Shown: positions 62,994 to 64,000 of the stretch, in pieces
How the letters are laid out: each line of letters opens with the position of its first letter
How positions within the stretch are numbered: the first letter of the stretch is position 1
Assembly (NCBI GenBank): GCA_964373125.1
Contig: CAYJSN010000001.1
Coordinates: 34,130-98,129, forward strand
Reading direction: 5' to 3'
Source: an uncultured Nitrosopumilales archaeon
GTDB lineage: Archaea; Thermoproteota; Nitrososphaeria; Nitrososphaerales; UBA213
DNA length: 64,000 nucleotides
Notes under the pieces: generated by a model
What the model saw: only the letters and a program-made list of their open reading frames with translations
Databases searched by the model: none
What the model was told of the DNA's origin: nothing
Position numbers and translations under genes: made by a program

Positions 62994-64000
62994 ATGAACC
63001 GGAAGGATGCGGCGAAAGCTTGGATTGTAACATTTCTCGTCGTATCGCTCTTATCGAACCCAATCCTTCTACCGGCCCCTGACAAAGGCGGGGCGTACGC
63101 GCAGGGCGTGACGCTGAGGGTCTCGGCGGCGCAGGACCCCGCGCAGCAGAACCACTTCTTCGGCCCCCAGATAGTTCAGATCACGATCGACGACCCCGGC
63201 GCAAGGAACCCGGACTCCAGCACGTCGGGCCTCTCGGTCAAGGGCGAGTCGATGGAAAGGGTGCACCTAGCCGACGGCATGTGGTACGCCCTGATAGCAG
63301 AGCGGAGCGCCTTCCTTCTCTTCCTAGACTTGGTTACGGATGGGAGTAGGGACGGCTCGATCGCGGTAAGCGACGCTGATGATTCCGACAACAGCAACTC
63401 CGTCGGCGGCTTCAGCATACAGTTCGGCAAGGCAGATAGTTTCGTGCGGGAGATAACCGAGATCGGCGGGAAGGCCTACGTCGAGGTCAAGAAAGATGCC
63501 ATCTTCCCCTCGCTCCCCATCACATTTACTAACGCCGCGAACCCTGACATCGACATAAACCAGTCTGCAGAACCTGCACCTGCGGGCACCGACTGGCCCT
63601 ACATCAGGCTCTTCAACGTACAGGAGAACGAGATCGTCAGCGTCGGCCACGGCGGAATTAGCCTGAGTCTGACGTACGCAAGTCTGCCCAGCTACACGAA
63701 GATAAGCCTCGACCGGGGATCGTACCCGACCAACTCCGAGATAATCGTCAGGTTCAGCGACTTTATGTGGAACATCAACCCGGTCGAGGAGGACGTCGTG
63801 AGCTTTGTCCTGGACAGCAGCGGGAAGCCTAACCGCGTAATTTACCAGCCGCTCAGGAACTTTAACCCGGACACATCGACCGCCGAGAACTTTCCTGATA
63901 TACTTCCAGCCCTGCAGAACCTGGAGTTCGATGCCAGGCAGGTGCTCGAGGTCGATGCGCCGGAAGGCATAGGCGCACTGAAGTTCACCGAGGCCTTCGA
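62994..64000 (+). CDS. Secreted protein, N-terminal 335 aa (3' end outside window); not in supplied ORF track
   Basis: ATG 62994. Signal-like MNRKDAAKAWIVTFLVVSLLSNPILLPAP. The frame stays open to base 64000 with GC-rich coding composition. Confidence 0.6.
   Translation, partial: MNRKDAAKAWIVTFLVVSLLSNPILLPAPDKGGAYAQGVTLRVSAAQDPAQQNHFFGPQIVQITIDDPGARNPDSSTSGLSVKGESMERVHLADGMWYALIAERSAFLLFLDLVTDGSRDGSIAVSDADDSDNSNSVGGFSIQFGKADSFVREITEIGGKAYVEVKKDAIFPSLPITFTNAANPDIDINQSAEPAPAGTDWPYIRLFNVQENEIVSVGHGGISLSLTYASLPSYTKISLDRGSYPTNSEIIVRFSDFMWNINPVEEDVVSFVLDSSGKPNRVIYQPLRNFNPDTSTAENFPDILPALQNLEFDARQVLEVDAPEGIGALKFTEAF

Overview
GC-rich archaeal chromosome segment whose gene content matches an ammonia-oxidising thaumarchaeon (Nitrososphaerales-like; inference from gene content only). 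It carries: the rpoH-rpoB-rpoA(unsplit)-rpl30e-nusA-rps12-rps7 cluster; leuS; a heme-copper oxidase locus rich in cupredoxins; the ADP-forming acyl-CoA synthetase / 4-hydroxybutyryl-CoA dehydratase pair typical of the thaumarchaeal 3HP/4HB cycle; amino-acid metabolism genes (ilvE, aspartate kinase, an aminotransferase); metal homeostasis genes (NikR+ZIP, VIT); a MEDS/two-component signalling cluster; and five tRNAs, three of them interrupted by non-canonical insertions. Three visibly AT-rich islets stand out: a tRNA-Lys-linked remnant bounded by att-like direct repeats, a tRNA-Val-linked SHOCT gene, and an EEP nuclease gene. The most noteworthy observations are: (i) rpoH and rpoB lie in the same frame separated only by TAG, and the first 63 conserved rpoB codons contain no ATG/GTG/TTG; (ii) a multidomain cupredoxin is followed by three tandem paralogous secreted proteins of unknown function that share a gene-conversion-like tract; (iii) the oxidase locus has an in-frame split CoxII, a di-cupredoxin, a compact CtaA and an exported protein with a predicted N-terminal His; (iv) a zinc-ribbon gene has a G-run frameshift; (v) an AN1 zinc finger is fused to a nuclease-like domain near a class III cyclase. 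I saw no rRNA, CRISPR array or intact integrase/transposase. All calls rest on reading the sequence and ORF translations by eye; no searches were run.
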